NCBI GenBank assembly: GCA_039586795.1
Contig: JBDHJS010000002.1
Coordinates: 96,001 to 160,000 of the forward strand
Reading direction: 5' to 3'
Length of the DNA stretch: 64,000 nucleotides
Origin: Gemmatimonadota bacterium
GTDB taxonomy: Bacteria > Gemmatimonadota > Gemmatimonadetes > Palauibacterales > KS3-K002
Position 1 is the first letter of the stretch. The number at the start of each line of letters is the position of its first letter. Both the position numbers and the translations under genes were made by a program. Positions 18,947-29,125 of this stretch are shown one piece after another. Below the pieces are notes generated by a model. The model worked only from the letters and a program-made list of their open reading frames with translations, was not told where the DNA came from and did not search any database.

Positions 18947-21799
18947 TTAGAACGGTTGCCGGACGCGGAGCGATATCACGCTTCCGATAAACGGAGCGCC
19001 GATGATCTCCTGGTGCGTGATGCCGAACCCGCAACCGCTGCTCACGTTCGGGTCCTCAGTGCTCTCACCGGTGCATGCGAAGAAGTTACGAAAATCGAAC
19101 ACGACCTCCGTACGCGTCGAAACCGGCAGCGTATACCCGATATTGGCGTCGAGAACGGTGAAGTACGGAATGTCGCCGACGAAGACGCCGGACTGGACGG
19201 GATAGCCCTGCACGTAGCGTCCCTTAAGCCCTACAGCGAGACCGAGACGCTGGTTGTCGTAGAGAACGCCCAGCGTGCCTTTGTTCATCGGCGCGTTGAG
19301 TGCGATGTCGCCGATGCTGTCGACCTGTGCGTTCCCGAGGCCGATGAACAGGTCATCGCTGACCCAGGAGTAGCTGCCGGAGATGCTCCAGACATCGGTG
19401 AGCAGGAAGGTGAGGCCGAAATCGGCGCCCCAAAGGTCGACATCACCGAAGTTCCTATAGGTCAGGAAAAGGTCCGTCGGACTGCCGAGGGGCGTTTCCA
19501 CCCAGGTTGCCGTGGCCAGCGGAACCTGACTTAGGCCGCCGGTGATCAAGAGCGCGTCTTCCAGCGGGACGCCGGCGCCCGTCAGGATGGGAAGCAAGTA
19601 CTGCCCCAGGGTCTGCGGGTCGAGCATCGCGTTTGGTGTCTCGAAGCGCAGCGGTCCGATGAAGTCCTCGATCCTCATATAGTACACGTCAGCGCCGAAC
19701 AGCAGCCGCTCGCTAATCAGACCCTTGTAGCCGACCTCGAAGATGTTGGTCATGCTGGGCTGCAATTTGGGTACGTCGACAGCCGCCTGCGCCGGGTCAT
19801 CGATGATCGGCCCGAACCCGAGCGTCTGCTGGTCGAACATGCGAAGCGCAGTGCTCACGTCATCCGATGTCGGTGAAAGCGACCGCAGGAGTGCCTCTAC
19901 GGGCGGGGGGAGCGGATCTTCACCCAGCGCGACCAGGATATTCCCCAACCCATCCACCGCGTCTTGCCAATACGGTGTCACGTCGAGACCGTGGAACGCC
20001 TGTGGGTCCGAGGCGAACGGTGAGCGAACGCAGAGATCGCCGGCGCAGTCGCGCCTGAAGGTCAGGCCAGTGTTGCTGGGTACGCCGAGCGCGCGGACAC
20101 CGTAGTCGGTGAACGGTCCGAGAGCGTTAGCCGACAACAGGTCGAGGGAGAAGTTGATGCTGCTGGGCTGAGCGAATGCCCGGTTGTACATGAGCCGGAA
20201 GTTGTGCTCCGGCGTCGGCTTGAAGACCACGCCGGCGCGGGGCGAGAAGACGAGCTGTTCGGTCTTGCTGTGATAGTCGAGGCGCGCCGCGGCCAGCAGA
20301 TCCCACTGCGGTGTCATTGCGCCTTCCCACTGCACGTAGCCGCCGACCTCGCTGATGTTGTCGTTGTCCTCGTTGCGACCGTTCACCGTGCCATCGGTCC
20401 GGGGGACGGTTTGGATATAGTCGAGGCCGTAAACGAAACGGTTGCGCTCGCCGAGGTTCGAGTAGTGCTGCAACTGACCGGCGAACAGAAATGACTTGTC
20501 TGCGATCGGCTTGCCGTCGCGCAGCGTGTAGGTGTCGCCGGCATTGCTCATGTTGATGTAAGCCTGAGCGAAAAGTCGGCCAAGCTGCGCGCGACCCTGG
20601 CCATACCAGTAAGTCCAGTCGACCGCCTGGGCGGATCCGATTCCAGTCATCTCGATGCTGCTGCCCATGTTGCTGAAGCCGCCAGCGAAACGCAGAACGT
20701 TGTCATCGCTGAGGCGGAAATCCATGCGGGCGTCAGCGGCGTATCGCTCGGCGGAAAAGTCGCGACGACCGATCAGCAGCGTGTCGGGGTCGGCACCGGC
20801 GGCGATGGCCGCCTCCCGCTCGAACTGTTCGACCGGGTCGTTGTAGTGCCAGTCCTCGCCGTTCAGATAGAGGCCGGAGAGCTTGTAGCCGGTATCGTCA
20901 CCGATCAGACCCGCCGTTCGGAATACGCCCTGGAACATCGGCTCGGTCGATGAGCCGACGTTGTTCCCGTCGCGCGCGCCGGCCAGCACGCTGACGGCGC
21001 TGCCCTGATAGTCGAGGGGCGAGCGGGTGATGATGTGCATCACGCCCTTGTCGACGTTCGGGCCGTAAAGGGCCGAGCCGGGGCCCAGCACCATCTCGAT
21101 CCGGTCGATGTCCTCGTCGGTGGACGGGATCAGGTTGTAAGCGTTGAAGCGGAGGGAGGGGACGGAGGCCCAGCGGTTGTCCTGCAGCACGTAAAGCGCG
21201 CCAGAGAAAACGTTGTTGAACCCCCTGGCGACCACGTTGTGCTGCTGGAGCCCGTACGTGACGTTGTCGACGCCGGGAAGACCGACGACGTGCTCGGCGG
21301 CCACCGCCGTCGGCTGCGCCTGCACCTCGTCCGACGTCACCGTGTAGACGGAGGCCGGCGCTTCCAGCGCCTTCTCCTGGCCACGAGATGCGGTGACGAC
21401 CACCGGGTTCAGCCGGAAGGCCCGTGATATGAGCTCGATCGGCTCGAGCACAACGGTCTCGGCACCGACACCTACGCGCTCGATGCGATAGAGCTCGTAG
21501 CCGAGCGCCGTGACCAACAGCGAATAAGTACCCGCCTCGACATCGACGAACCGGAACTCACCCCGGACATCGGTCACCGTGGAGTGCACGACGCTGCCGG
21601 TACCTGTGATCAGCTCTACCTGTGCACCGCTCAGCGGCTCGGCGACCTCAGCGTCGAGGACGCGACCGGTGACATCCACGCCCTGAGCGAAGGCTAGCTG
21701 CGGGGCGACCAGGGCTAGGAGCACGGCGGCTGACGCACCGGCGAGCCAGCGGCTTGCTGCGCCGCGAGGCCTGCGGAGTTGGGGCAAATGCTGAGACAT
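18947..21799 (-). CDS. TonB-dependent receptor with N-terminal carboxypeptidase-regulatory-like domain
   Basis: VTGRVLD, VVVTASR, plug motif IDRIEMVLGPGSALYG, barrel region, C-terminal Phe. Confidence 0.93.
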   Translation of the reverse strand: MSQHLPQLRRPRGAASRWLAGASAAVLLALVAPQLAFAQGVDVTGRVLDAEVAEPLSGAQVELITGTGSVVHSTVTDVRGEFRFVDVEAGTYSLLVTALGYELYRIERVGVGAETVVLEPIELISRAFRLNPVVVTASRGQEKALEAPASVYTVTSDEVQAQPTAVAAEHVVGLPGVDNVTYGLQQHNVVARGFNNVFSGALYVLQDNRWASVPSLRFNAYNLIPSTDEDIDRIEMVLGPGSALYGPNVDKGVMHIITRSPLDYQGSAVSVLAGARDGNNVGSSTEPMFQGVFRTAGLIGDDTGYKLSGLYLNGEDWHYNDPVEQFEREAAIAAGADPDTLLIGRRDFSAERYAADARMDFRLSDDNVLRFAGGFSNMGSSIEMTGIGSAQAVDWTYWYGQGRAQLGRLFAQAYINMSNAGDTYTLRDGKPIADKSFLFAGQLQHYSNLGERNRFVYGLDYIQTVPRTDGTVNGRNEDNDNISEVGGYVQWEGAMTPQWDLLAAARLDYHSKTEQLVFSPRAGVVFKPTPEHNFRLMYNRAFAQPSSINFSLDLLSANALGPFTDYGVRALGVPSNTGLTFRRDCAGDLCVRSPFASDPQAFHGLDVTPYWQDAVDGLGNILVALGEDPLPPPVEALLRSLSPTSDDVSTALRMFDQQTLGFGPIIDDPAQAAVDVPKLQPSMTNIFEVGYKGLISERLLFGADVYYMRIEDFIGPLRFETPNAMLDPQTLGQYLLPILTGAGVPLEDALLITGGLSQVPLATATWVETPLGSPTDLFLTYRNFGDVDLWGADFGLTFLLTDVWSISGSYSWVSDDLFIGLGNAQVDSIGDIALNAPMNKGTLGVLYDNQRLGLAVGLKGRYVQGYPVQSGVFVGDIPYFTVLDANIGYTLPVSTRTEVVFDFRNFFACTGESTEDPNVSSGCGFGITHQEIIGAPFIGSVISLRVRQPF

Positions 21800-21939
21800 C
21801 GCTCCCTCCGTAGAGAAAGGACCTGTTGGGGCTTACTAAGAAGGCTCCCGTGGGAGCCCGATTTCTCCCGATTTAGCTCGTTATCTGCCCATCTGGGGGG
21901 AGGCGTGAGGGAATAAACTACACCTTTTTGCTGCAGTGG

Positions 21940-23670
21940 CTAGAAGGGGCGCCCCGGTATCCTTCTGGCCAGTGCCCTGGCCAAAAATCGCAGCCGATCG
22001 GGCCAGGGTAGTCGACCCAGGTTGGTCCGCACTACGCCTCGAGTGAAGTACGTGGCCTGCGAATAGTCGATGGCCACGTCGACCAGGATCGGCGCTCCGC
22101 CGTCGTGAACCTTCACTGCCTGGTTCAGCACTTCCTCGACCTGCGAGTCATCCTCCAGCGACAGGTACTCCACACCGAGGGCGCGGGTCAGTCCTTCGAG
22201 GTCATAGTCGGGTAACTGACTCGCCGTCTTCCGCGCCAGCGCCGTCTGCTGAAACTGAGCGATTTGGGCCAGTTCGCGGTCACGAAGAACCAGGATCGTG
22301 ACCGGCAGATCGAGTTGAGCGGCGGTGAGCATCTCGAGACCTGTCATCAAGAACGCACCGTCTCCGGCCAACGCCACGCAGCGACGTCCGGGGCAGGCCA
22401 GCGCCGCACCGAGTGCGGCGGGCACGGAGTATCCCATACAGGAGTAATCGACGGGTGCGAGGAACGATCTGGGGTTATCCAGGCGCAAGCACTCCATGGC
22501 CAGGAATGTCCCGTTGCCGCTGTCCGTCGTGTAGACCGCGTCGGGCCCGTAGATCCCTTGGAGTTTGCTGATCAGATGAGGTGGCGTGACGCGAGCGGCG
22601 TCTGAAGGCTGCGACCAGCCTTCTCGTACTTCCTCGTGCCCTTGCCGAATGGCCGCTCTCAGGGCGTCGTCGGGAGATCGGGGCTCGAGACCCTCCAGTA
22701 GCGCCGTGACGAAGGCCCTGGCGTCAGCCTCGACCTTCAGCTCTGCCGGGTAGTTCTTGTCGAATACATCGGCATCGATGTCGACGTGGACCAGCGGACC
22801 CGGCGGCTCCAGGCCGTAGCTCGCCGTTCCGACTTCCGAGAACCGACAACCGATGGCAAGAGTGAGATCGCAGGACGTCGCGATCTTGCGGGCGAAAGGG
22901 GGTGCGGCGGCTCCGAACCCCGGCCAGAGCCAGAGGGGGTGGCTCTCGGGGAAGACGCCCTTCCCCTGAAACGTGGTGGCCACCGGCGCTTCCAATCGCT
23001 CGGCCAGGGCCACGAGATCTTCGGCGGCGCCCTCCGCTCCCAGCCCCAGGTAAAGCAAGGGCTTTCCATCGGTCAGCAACTTTCGAACGGCGGCCACGGC
23101 CTCCCGATCCGGCTCTACGGTGGGGCTCGGTTCCGGTCTCCAACTCTCGCTGGCCGGGTCGTGACGAAACAGATAGTGGTTGACCGGGATCTCGACAAAA
23201 ACGGGCCCGGCAGGCGCAGCGCGGGCTATGGCGCAGGCGGCCCGAATCGTGGAATAGAGGTCTTCGCCGCGTTCGGGTCGAAGCTGGGCCTTGGTCACGG
23301 GCGTAACGATGCCGAGCTGGTCCACGTCGTGCAGCTGGTACGCCTTTCCGGTATCGGTGCGGACACCGCAGCCCAGCACGAGCAGCGGGATGCAGTCCAT
23401 GAAGGCTTCCGCAATCCCCGACAGGGCATGCGTGAGCCCGGCGCCGGGCACTACGGTAACGCAACCGAGCTTTCCGGATGATCGAGAGACCGCATCGGCC
23501 ATGAACGACGCGCTCTGCTCGTCGGTCACGAGAACGGGTTGAACGGCGGAGGAAGCGCCGAGAGCGTCGTAGAGCTCGATGTTGTGCGTGCCCGGGATAC
23601 CGAAGGTGAAGGGGATCCCTTCGTCCTCCAGGGCCCGAACCACGATTTCGCTTCCCGGCATCTTGGTCAT
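21940..23670 (-). CDS. Thiamine diphosphate-dependent enzyme (acetolactate synthase-like family)
   Basis: FGIPGTH, DEQSASFMAD, GDGAFLMTG ThDP-binding motif. Confidence 0.88.
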   Translation of the reverse strand: MTKMPGSEIVVRALEDEGIPFTFGIPGTHNIELYDALGASSAVQPVLVTDEQSASFMADAVSRSSGKLGCVTVVPGAGLTHALSGIAEAFMDCIPLLVLGCGVRTDTGKAYQLHDVDQLGIVTPVTKAQLRPERGEDLYSTIRAACAIARAAPAGPVFVEIPVNHYLFRHDPASESWRPEPSPTVEPDREAVAAVRKLLTDGKPLLYLGLGAEGAAEDLVALAERLEAPVATTFQGKGVFPESHPLWLWPGFGAAAPPFARKIATSCDLTLAIGCRFSEVGTASYGLEPPGPLVHVDIDADVFDKNYPAELKVEADARAFVTALLEGLEPRSPDDALRAAIRQGHEEVREGWSQPSDAARVTPPHLISKLQGIYGPDAVYTTDSGNGTFLAMECLRLDNPRSFLAPVDYSCMGYSVPAALGAALACPGRRCVALAGDGAFLMTGLEMLTAAQLDLPVTILVLRDRELAQIAQFQQTALARKTASQLPDYDLEGLTRALGVEYLSLEDDSQVEEVLNQAVKVHDGGAPILVDVAIDYSQATYFTRGVVRTNLGRLPWPDRLRFLARALARRIPGRPF

Positions 23671-23679
23671 GGATGTCCG

Positions 23680-25188
23680 TCAGGCGAATAGTTCGGCGGC
23701 GTCCTGACGGATGCGCTGGGCGACCCGATCGGCCAACGCCATGATCGTCAGGTAAGGATTGATCTCCAGCGAGTCCGGGAAGAGGCTCGCGTCGGCCACG
23801 AACAGCCAGGGCACGCCGTGCACGCGACCGTAAGAGTCGGTGACGGAGTCGGACGACGTGAGACCCATCCCGCAGCCACCCTGCAGGTGTGCGGCCGAGA
23901 CGGTGACACCGCCGGGCCGAAACCGGCCTTCGTCGATCAAAGCGTCCAGCCGGTCCACTTCTTCGGCGTCGACGACAGGGTTGTCGGCGGCAGGTACGTG
24001 AACTCTGAGGGCGCCGGCGGCGAAGAAGATGCGCGCCGAAGTCGCCGTGCCGCGGGCAAGCGCCCGGCGCACCTCTGGCGTGAAGCGATAGTCGACCACG
24101 GGCGTACCCGAGCGGTCGACAGTGACCCGGTTGTTCCGGTCGACGTGATCGCAAGCCAGGACCAGTATCATCTGAAGGCGTGGAAAGGCCCGCATGAACT
24201 CCGAATGTCGAGAACCGAAGCCGGAAAGGCTCTTCGCGGTCGTGAACGGGAAGTACATGCACGTCTCGAGGACGAAGGCGTCGCTCTCGACGAAGTCGTC
24301 CAGGTAGTAACTCTTGGGGTGGCCGACGAAGTTGGTGATCGCCTCGCGATGCTCGGCCACCAGGATCAGCGCTGGGTGACAGGTGAAACCGTGACCGAGA
24401 CGAGGCAGTGATGCGGGCAATTTGGAGCGCAGCAAGAGCGCGGGTGAATTCACGGCGCCGCCGCAAACCACGACGATCCTGGCGTTGATGCGATACTCGC
24501 CGGGCGCCCAGGTCGGAGGTTCTCCCTTTGCGTCGGCGGACTTGGGATGCACGCGGGCGTAGATCACCCGCTCTTCCAGCCGCAGTACCTCACAGCGGGT
24601 GACCACCTCGACCCCATCCCGTTCGGCCTTTGGAAGCTGGACTCTGTGGGTACCCTGCTTGGCGAGGTTGGGACAACCCAGGTTGCAGAGGCTGGAACCA
24701 CGGCAGCCTTTGACGTTGACCGGGAATTGCTGGGCGTTGTAGCCCAGACGGCGGCACCCTTTGACGAAGAGCTGGTTGTTATCGTTTATCTCGTCGTCGT
24801 TCAACAGGTGAATGTTGTTCTGCTCCACGAATTTTTTCGAGCGCCGCTCGACTTCTTCGTGGTCGAGGTCGGCAAGGTTCCAGCTGTCGATCACGCGCTT
24901 GGGTGCGATGAGTGATGTGCCGGTGTAAACGACGGTCGAACCGCCGTACGCGCTCCCCATGGCCAGGGTCATCGAGCCGTCGCGGGTCAGAAAGCCACCG
25001 CTGTCTTCGTAGAGCGCCTGGGCCATCTCGACCTCGCGACCCGAATACTCATCGTCGGATAGCTTGGGGCCTTTCTCCAGAACGGCGATGCGAATGCCGT
25101 GTCGGCATAGCGCGGCGATTTCCTGCGCTACGGTTCCGCCGCCGGCTCCCGAGCCGATGATCACGATATCGTAGTTGCGCTCCATCAT
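23680..25188 (-). CDS. GMC-family FAD oxidoreductase
   Basis: IIGSGAGG, GGSTVVY, CRGSSLCNLGCP, SAAHLQGGC, DASLFP..INP. Confidence 0.9.
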   Translation of the reverse strand: MMERNYDIVIIGSGAGGGTVAQEIAALCRHGIRIAVLEKGPKLSDDEYSGREVEMAQALYEDSGGFLTRDGSMTLAMGSAYGGSTVVYTGTSLIAPKRVIDSWNLADLDHEEVERRSKKFVEQNNIHLLNDDEINDNNQLFVKGCRRLGYNAQQFPVNVKGCRGSSLCNLGCPNLAKQGTHRVQLPKAERDGVEVVTRCEVLRLEERVIYARVHPKSADAKGEPPTWAPGEYRINARIVVVCGGAVNSPALLLRSKLPASLPRLGHGFTCHPALILVAEHREAITNFVGHPKSYYLDDFVESDAFVLETCMYFPFTTAKSLSGFGSRHSEFMRAFPRLQMILVLACDHVDRNNRVTVDRSGTPVVDYRFTPEVRRALARGTATSARIFFAAGALRVHVPAADNPVVDAEEVDRLDALIDEGRFRPGGVTVSAAHLQGGCGMGLTSSDSVTDSYGRVHGVPWLFVADASLFPDSLEINPYLTIMALADRVAQRIRQDAAELFA

Positions 25189-25604
25189 CGGACAGAAGCC
25201 CAGCCACCAGGGTCAGGGGTGTAATCGATCGCCTTTGTGGCATCCGCTCGTCCGTAGTAACCGAGGAAGACGAGGGTGCGAAGACCCCAAAAGCCGACGC
25301 GGATGACATCGATTCGATGCTCCTGCAGCGCGGTGAGGAAGGCAGTCCGGCTTCCCTGATCCAGGTCGGTGAAACGTTTGCGGTGGCGCAGCATTGGGAG
25401 CCACTCCACGATGTTGACGAAGAGCTTCACCTTTCGCTGAATCGCGGGTGGTCGTTGGCGCAGGGAGTCGCGCACCAGGCTCTCCAGGTCTGCCCAGCCG
25501 CGCTCGTCGAGGTGCACGCATTCCGGGACGACGGTGGACGCGATCGCTCGAAATGCCGCTGGCAGATCAGGCCGCTCGGGTATGAGGGTGTCGGTACTGC
25601 TCAT
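25185..25604 (-). CDS. Small GMC accessory protein (gluconate 2-dehydrogenase subunit 3-like)
   Basis: RFTDL..R..FL and LRTLVFLGYYG..IDY pattern; 4-bp overlap with the GMC gene. Confidence 0.65.
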   Translation of the reverse strand: MSSTDTLIPERPDLPAAFRAIASTVVPECVHLDERGWADLESLVRDSLRQRPPAIQRKVKLFVNIVEWLPMLRHRKRFTDLDQGSRTAFLTALQEHRIDVIRVGFWGLRTLVFLGYYGRADATKAIDYTPDPGGWASVR

Positions 25605-25792
25605 CCTCGGGGCACGTTCCGTTCGTGGTTTTCGTCGGGTAGCTGGACGTGAGGAAAAATAGAGTGGCGAGGCGTCGGTATCAAAGACCTGTTCGTCTTA
25701 CAAGCGCCAGCTGCATGTAATAATCGTTATTCCATATGGACCCGTGGCATGTGCCGGGCGTATGATTAGGACAAGCACCAAGGGAGGTCCTC

Positions 25793-26470
25793 ATGTCGAA
25801 GCTGATGCCATGGATCGGAGGAACCAGGCGTTTGGTCGGGCACGTCGGGCAGTCGGGCTTGCTGTTTGGCCCAATTCGCCGGGCGATAGTCGAGCCGGCG
25901 GCGGCTGCTCACGACGAAGCGGTGCGGCTGCTGCTGTGTTACCACGGGAAACGCGCCTGGGAGGCGGGTTTGATCGCGGGCTGGTGTGGCAATCTATCGG
26001 CGCGGCTTCGCAACAGAGAGTACATCTACATTACGCCGCGATCAGCCAACAAGTCACGGCTTCACGCGTCCGACATCCAGCTAGTGTACTTGGGTGCGGC
26101 GCCGGACAGCCTGGTCAACGTCAGCGTCGAGTTTCCACTGCATCGAGAGTCTTACCTGGCCAACGAGGAAGTGGGCGCGGTAATCCATACTCATGCACCG
26201 GCGCTCACCGCCGCAGGTATTCGTGGCATAGACGTGGAAGAAGTGCTACCGGTCGCCGCCGCGTCGCTTGGGGGCGTCGTGAGGATCCCGTATCACAACT
26301 CGGGGTCCGAGGAATTGGCGCGGGCGGTCGCCGACGCCGTCGCGAGTGGCGCCAAGACGCTATTGCTCGCCCATCACGGCGCCGTTACGGTCGGCCACTC
26401 TCTGACCGAAGCGTACGATCGGATGGAGTTCGCGGAGCTGACGGCGCAGACGGCGCTTCTTGCAACGTGA
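25793..26470 (+). CDS. Class II aldolase/adducin family protein
   Basis: GNLSAR, ITP, SVEFPLH, IHTHAP, LLAHHG; RBS GGAGG. Confidence 0.88.
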   Translation: MSKLMPWIGGTRRLVGHVGQSGLLFGPIRRAIVEPAAAAHDEAVRLLLCYHGKRAWEAGLIAGWCGNLSARLRNREYIYITPRSANKSRLHASDIQLVYLGAAPDSLVNVSVEFPLHRESYLANEEVGAVIHTHAPALTAAGIRGIDVEEVLPVAAASLGGVVRIPYHNSGSEELARAVADAVASGAKTLLLAHHGAVTVGHSLTEAYDRMEFAELTAQTALLAT

Positions 26471-26573
26471 AGTAGGGTGGACAGTGGGCGGTAGACAGTA
26501 GACGGTGGGCGGTCGCTTCCGATGAACCGTCCACTGTCTACCGTTGTCTACCGTCTACCGCCTACTGTCTACC
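26471..26573. repeat. Inverted heptamer tandem-repeat element (RGTRGRC)n ... (GTCTACY)n
   Basis: Five units at 26476-26510 and six complementary units at 26530-26573; same consensus as 5974-6116. Confidence 0.85.
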
Positions 26574-27522
26574 TATAACGCTCGCCGGACAGGCAATTCC
26601 ACCAACGCAGCAGTATCGGCCCTACCCAGTAATAGATCAGGAACGCCCAGACCACACCTCCGACGGAGTCGATGGCGTAGTGGTTCTGCGTGTACACGGT
26701 GGAGAGTACGACGCCAAACGCCGCCAGTGTCAGCAACCATGCGGAAGTGCGCGATAGCCACCGGAAGCCGAGGATCGCCATCGTGGTTGAGGCGGCGACG
26801 TGAGAGCTTGGCATCGAGCATCCGAGGGCGTCACCGCCGCTCTGCAGGAACTGCTCGACCTTGTAAAAGAATCCCTGCTGATGGGGACCCTGAAAATGTT
26901 CGGTGAGCCAGTGCGGCCCGTCGACGGGAAACGCGATGTAGCAGATGAAACAAGACACATAAATCAGAATGACGCGGAAGACCATGTCGCTCTTCATCGC
27001 AGCACCGCCGCGGGTAAGCGCGTAGAGCAAGGGTACGATCACGGTCAGGTAGTAGCTGAAATAGGCGAAGTACATCAGCTCGCTGAACCAGAGAGCGTGA
27101 AGGTTGGGAAGGAACACCTGATCGAGGTGAGTCCCGAAGAGCATCAGATCGAGATCGCCGAACACTCGATCGAAGTTGGCGTCGTGCAGGGTACGACGGA
27201 TCCAATCTAGCTCGGTCCACCATACGAGGATGTAGATCAGTGGGTAGATGTCACGTACAACGCCCACCGGCTTCGACAGCGGGTGGCTGGCCCTGCGCAA
27301 TAGCATCGGCAGCGTGGCAGCGGCGGCGTGGGCCAGGAAAAGCCAGAATGCGTAAGGGTTCTGGGGTATGAGGTGCGCCCAGATGATGGCGACGAGCCCG
27401 TTGTATGCCGCGGCCACCTTGTCGACTAACCGGACATGGTCGATTTCCGGGTAAGGCGGCTCGACGCCCGGGACCTTCGATACACGCGGGGCCTCGACGG
27501 CCCCGGCTGTAGAGTCGTTCAT
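26569..27522 (-). CDS. PAP2/AUR1-like membrane phosphotransferase or phosphatase
   Basis: Multiple TM helices; FPVDGP, MPSSHVA, HYAIDSVGG. Confidence 0.8.
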   Translation of the reverse strand: MNDSTAGAVEAPRVSKVPGVEPPYPEIDHVRLVDKVAAAYNGLVAIIWAHLIPQNPYAFWLFLAHAAAATLPMLLRRASHPLSKPVGVVRDIYPLIYILVWWTELDWIRRTLHDANFDRVFGDLDLMLFGTHLDQVFLPNLHALWFSELMYFAYFSYYLTVIVPLLYALTRGGAAMKSDMVFRVILIYVSCFICYIAFPVDGPHWLTEHFQGPHQQGFFYKVEQFLQSGGDALGCSMPSSHVAASTTMAILGFRWLSRTSAWLLTLAAFGVVLSTVYTQNHYAIDSVGGVVWAFLIYYWVGPILLRWWNCLSGERYR

Positions 27523-27543
27523 GAGCGTGCTGTTCCGATCTAA

Positions 27544-28806
27544 TCAGTGCTTTGGTTGGACATCCTTCGGCACGGTCTGCACGAACCCCCCGTACTGTAT
27601 CGGTTCCTCAAGACGGCACGACCACGCGAGGCGACCGTTCCACACCGTCATGTCGGGGCAGCCGTCGCACATGTTCTGCCGGCCGTCGGGCAGGACATCG
27701 ATGGGCTGGATGATCATCACGGATTGGTAGCGAAGGCGACGGGCAGCCCGCAGGGGGTTCTTTAGAATCGATCGCAGGTAGGTGCCTGCGGTCTTACGAA
27801 GGCCCTTGTCGAACGGCGCGAGAGCCAGGTACGAGCGGCCGCGCCTGAGAACTTTCGGCCGGACATAGGCCAGGTAGCGGCCGTAACGAAGATGGTGGAG
27901 CGTCTGGGTAAGCTCCATGAACTTCGGACCGACATACCCGAATACCTTGTCCTTCATTCCCAGGCGTCCGCTCAATAGCCACTTGAACGAGTCGGGCTGT
28001 TCGGTGCCGTTCAGATAGGCACAGGGCTGGAAGTCGGGGAGTCGCTCCTGAATCTTGGCCAGTATGTCGGTTGATTTAATGTTGATGCGGGGCGCGTCCG
28101 GATAGGCGTAGGGCACATCGGCCATCTGGATCTTTCCGCCGTCGACGAAGTAGTCGAATGATCCGCCGAGCATCGCGGCTCTAAACGCTATGAACACCAT
28201 GACGTGCACGATGTCGATGTGCTTCTGCGACCATTCGACCAGATCGGGCACGGTATCCAGCGTATCGTCGTAGACCGTCGAATTGAAGGCGCAGGACATG
28301 TCGCCGACTTCGGCGATCATCTCGGCAAATTGTAGCCTCAACTCGTTCAGCTCGATCTCGCTCTTTCCCTTCCAGTGCGGACGCCTCTGCTTGCTGTCGA
28401 CATGGAGCGTCAGGCCCTTGAGGCCGGCACGCTTCAACTCGACGAGGAGGGCTCGGTCGAGAGCCAGGCCGTTCGTGTTGAGGATCGGCTTGATCCCGCG
28501 CTTCGCGATCATGGCGACGATATCCGGCACCTGCGGGTGGGTAAGCGGGTCGCCGCCGGCCACGGAAATCCCGTCACAGGTCCGGAGCGATGTAAAGACG
28601 TTCAGATCCTTGTCTATCTCGTCGAGCGGCTTGTGCCCTTTTGGGTCGTTCGTGCGGTAGCAGCCTTCGCAGTACAGATTGCAGGCTGCGGTCGGCTCGA
28701 GCCACGAGATAGCGTTATCCGGCAGATTCCAGGGTAGTCTGTAAAGCGTTCGGTGATCGAGCTTGCCGTTCATCTCCAGGTTCCTTTGGGCCGATTGGGC
28801 ATTCAT
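27544..28806 (-). CDS. Radical SAM enzyme with C-terminal Cys-containing extension
   Basis: CNLYCEGC, AGGDPL, LNTNG; C-terminal MCDGCPD...WSC. Confidence 0.88.
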   Translation of the reverse strand: MNAQSAQRNLEMNGKLDHRTLYRLPWNLPDNAISWLEPTAACNLYCEGCYRTNDPKGHKPLDEIDKDLNVFTSLRTCDGISVAGGDPLTHPQVPDIVAMIAKRGIKPILNTNGLALDRALLVELKRAGLKGLTLHVDSKQRRPHWKGKSEIELNELRLQFAEMIAEVGDMSCAFNSTVYDDTLDTVPDLVEWSQKHIDIVHVMVFIAFRAAMLGGSFDYFVDGGKIQMADVPYAYPDAPRINIKSTDILAKIQERLPDFQPCAYLNGTEQPDSFKWLLSGRLGMKDKVFGYVGPKFMELTQTLHHLRYGRYLAYVRPKVLRRGRSYLALAPFDKGLRKTAGTYLRSILKNPLRAARRLRYQSVMIIQPIDVLPDGRQNMCDGCPDMTVWNGRLAWSCRLEEPIQYGGFVQTVPKDVQPKH

Positions 28807-29030
28807 GGATGACGCCCATCCGGTTCTATCCTGAACCGATTATCACTATCGATAACAGCGCTGATTGTGAGATCGACGGGTGGGGCCGGCCCGGCAAATC
28901 GAGTTAGCGGAACGCAGTGCGAACCGGGCATTTGCATGGTCGGCCCAACCTAGTGTGACGGCTCGGTCCGGGCAAGCGATATAGGGATTTTGCGGGACTA
29001 AACGCGATTCGAAACCGGGTTATGCACTCT

Positions 29031-29059
29031 GCCAACCTTTGAAGCGGTTAGGGCGTCTA
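29031..29059 (+). promoter_or_regulatory. ECF sigma-type promoter
   Basis: GCCAACC-N16-CGTCTA, 66 bp upstream of ATG 29126. Confidence 0.5.
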
Positions 29060-29125
29060 ACACGTAGTGAAGGAGCCAGAAGGACGCCCAAATGCTAGAT
29101 AAACCGGGAGTAGTCAGGATATATC

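Noticed and set aside
21800..21939. Cobalamin or TPP riboswitch upstream of the TonB receptor
   Set aside because: No conserved riboswitch core is recognisable; there is only a short GGCTCCC/GGGAGCC hairpin.
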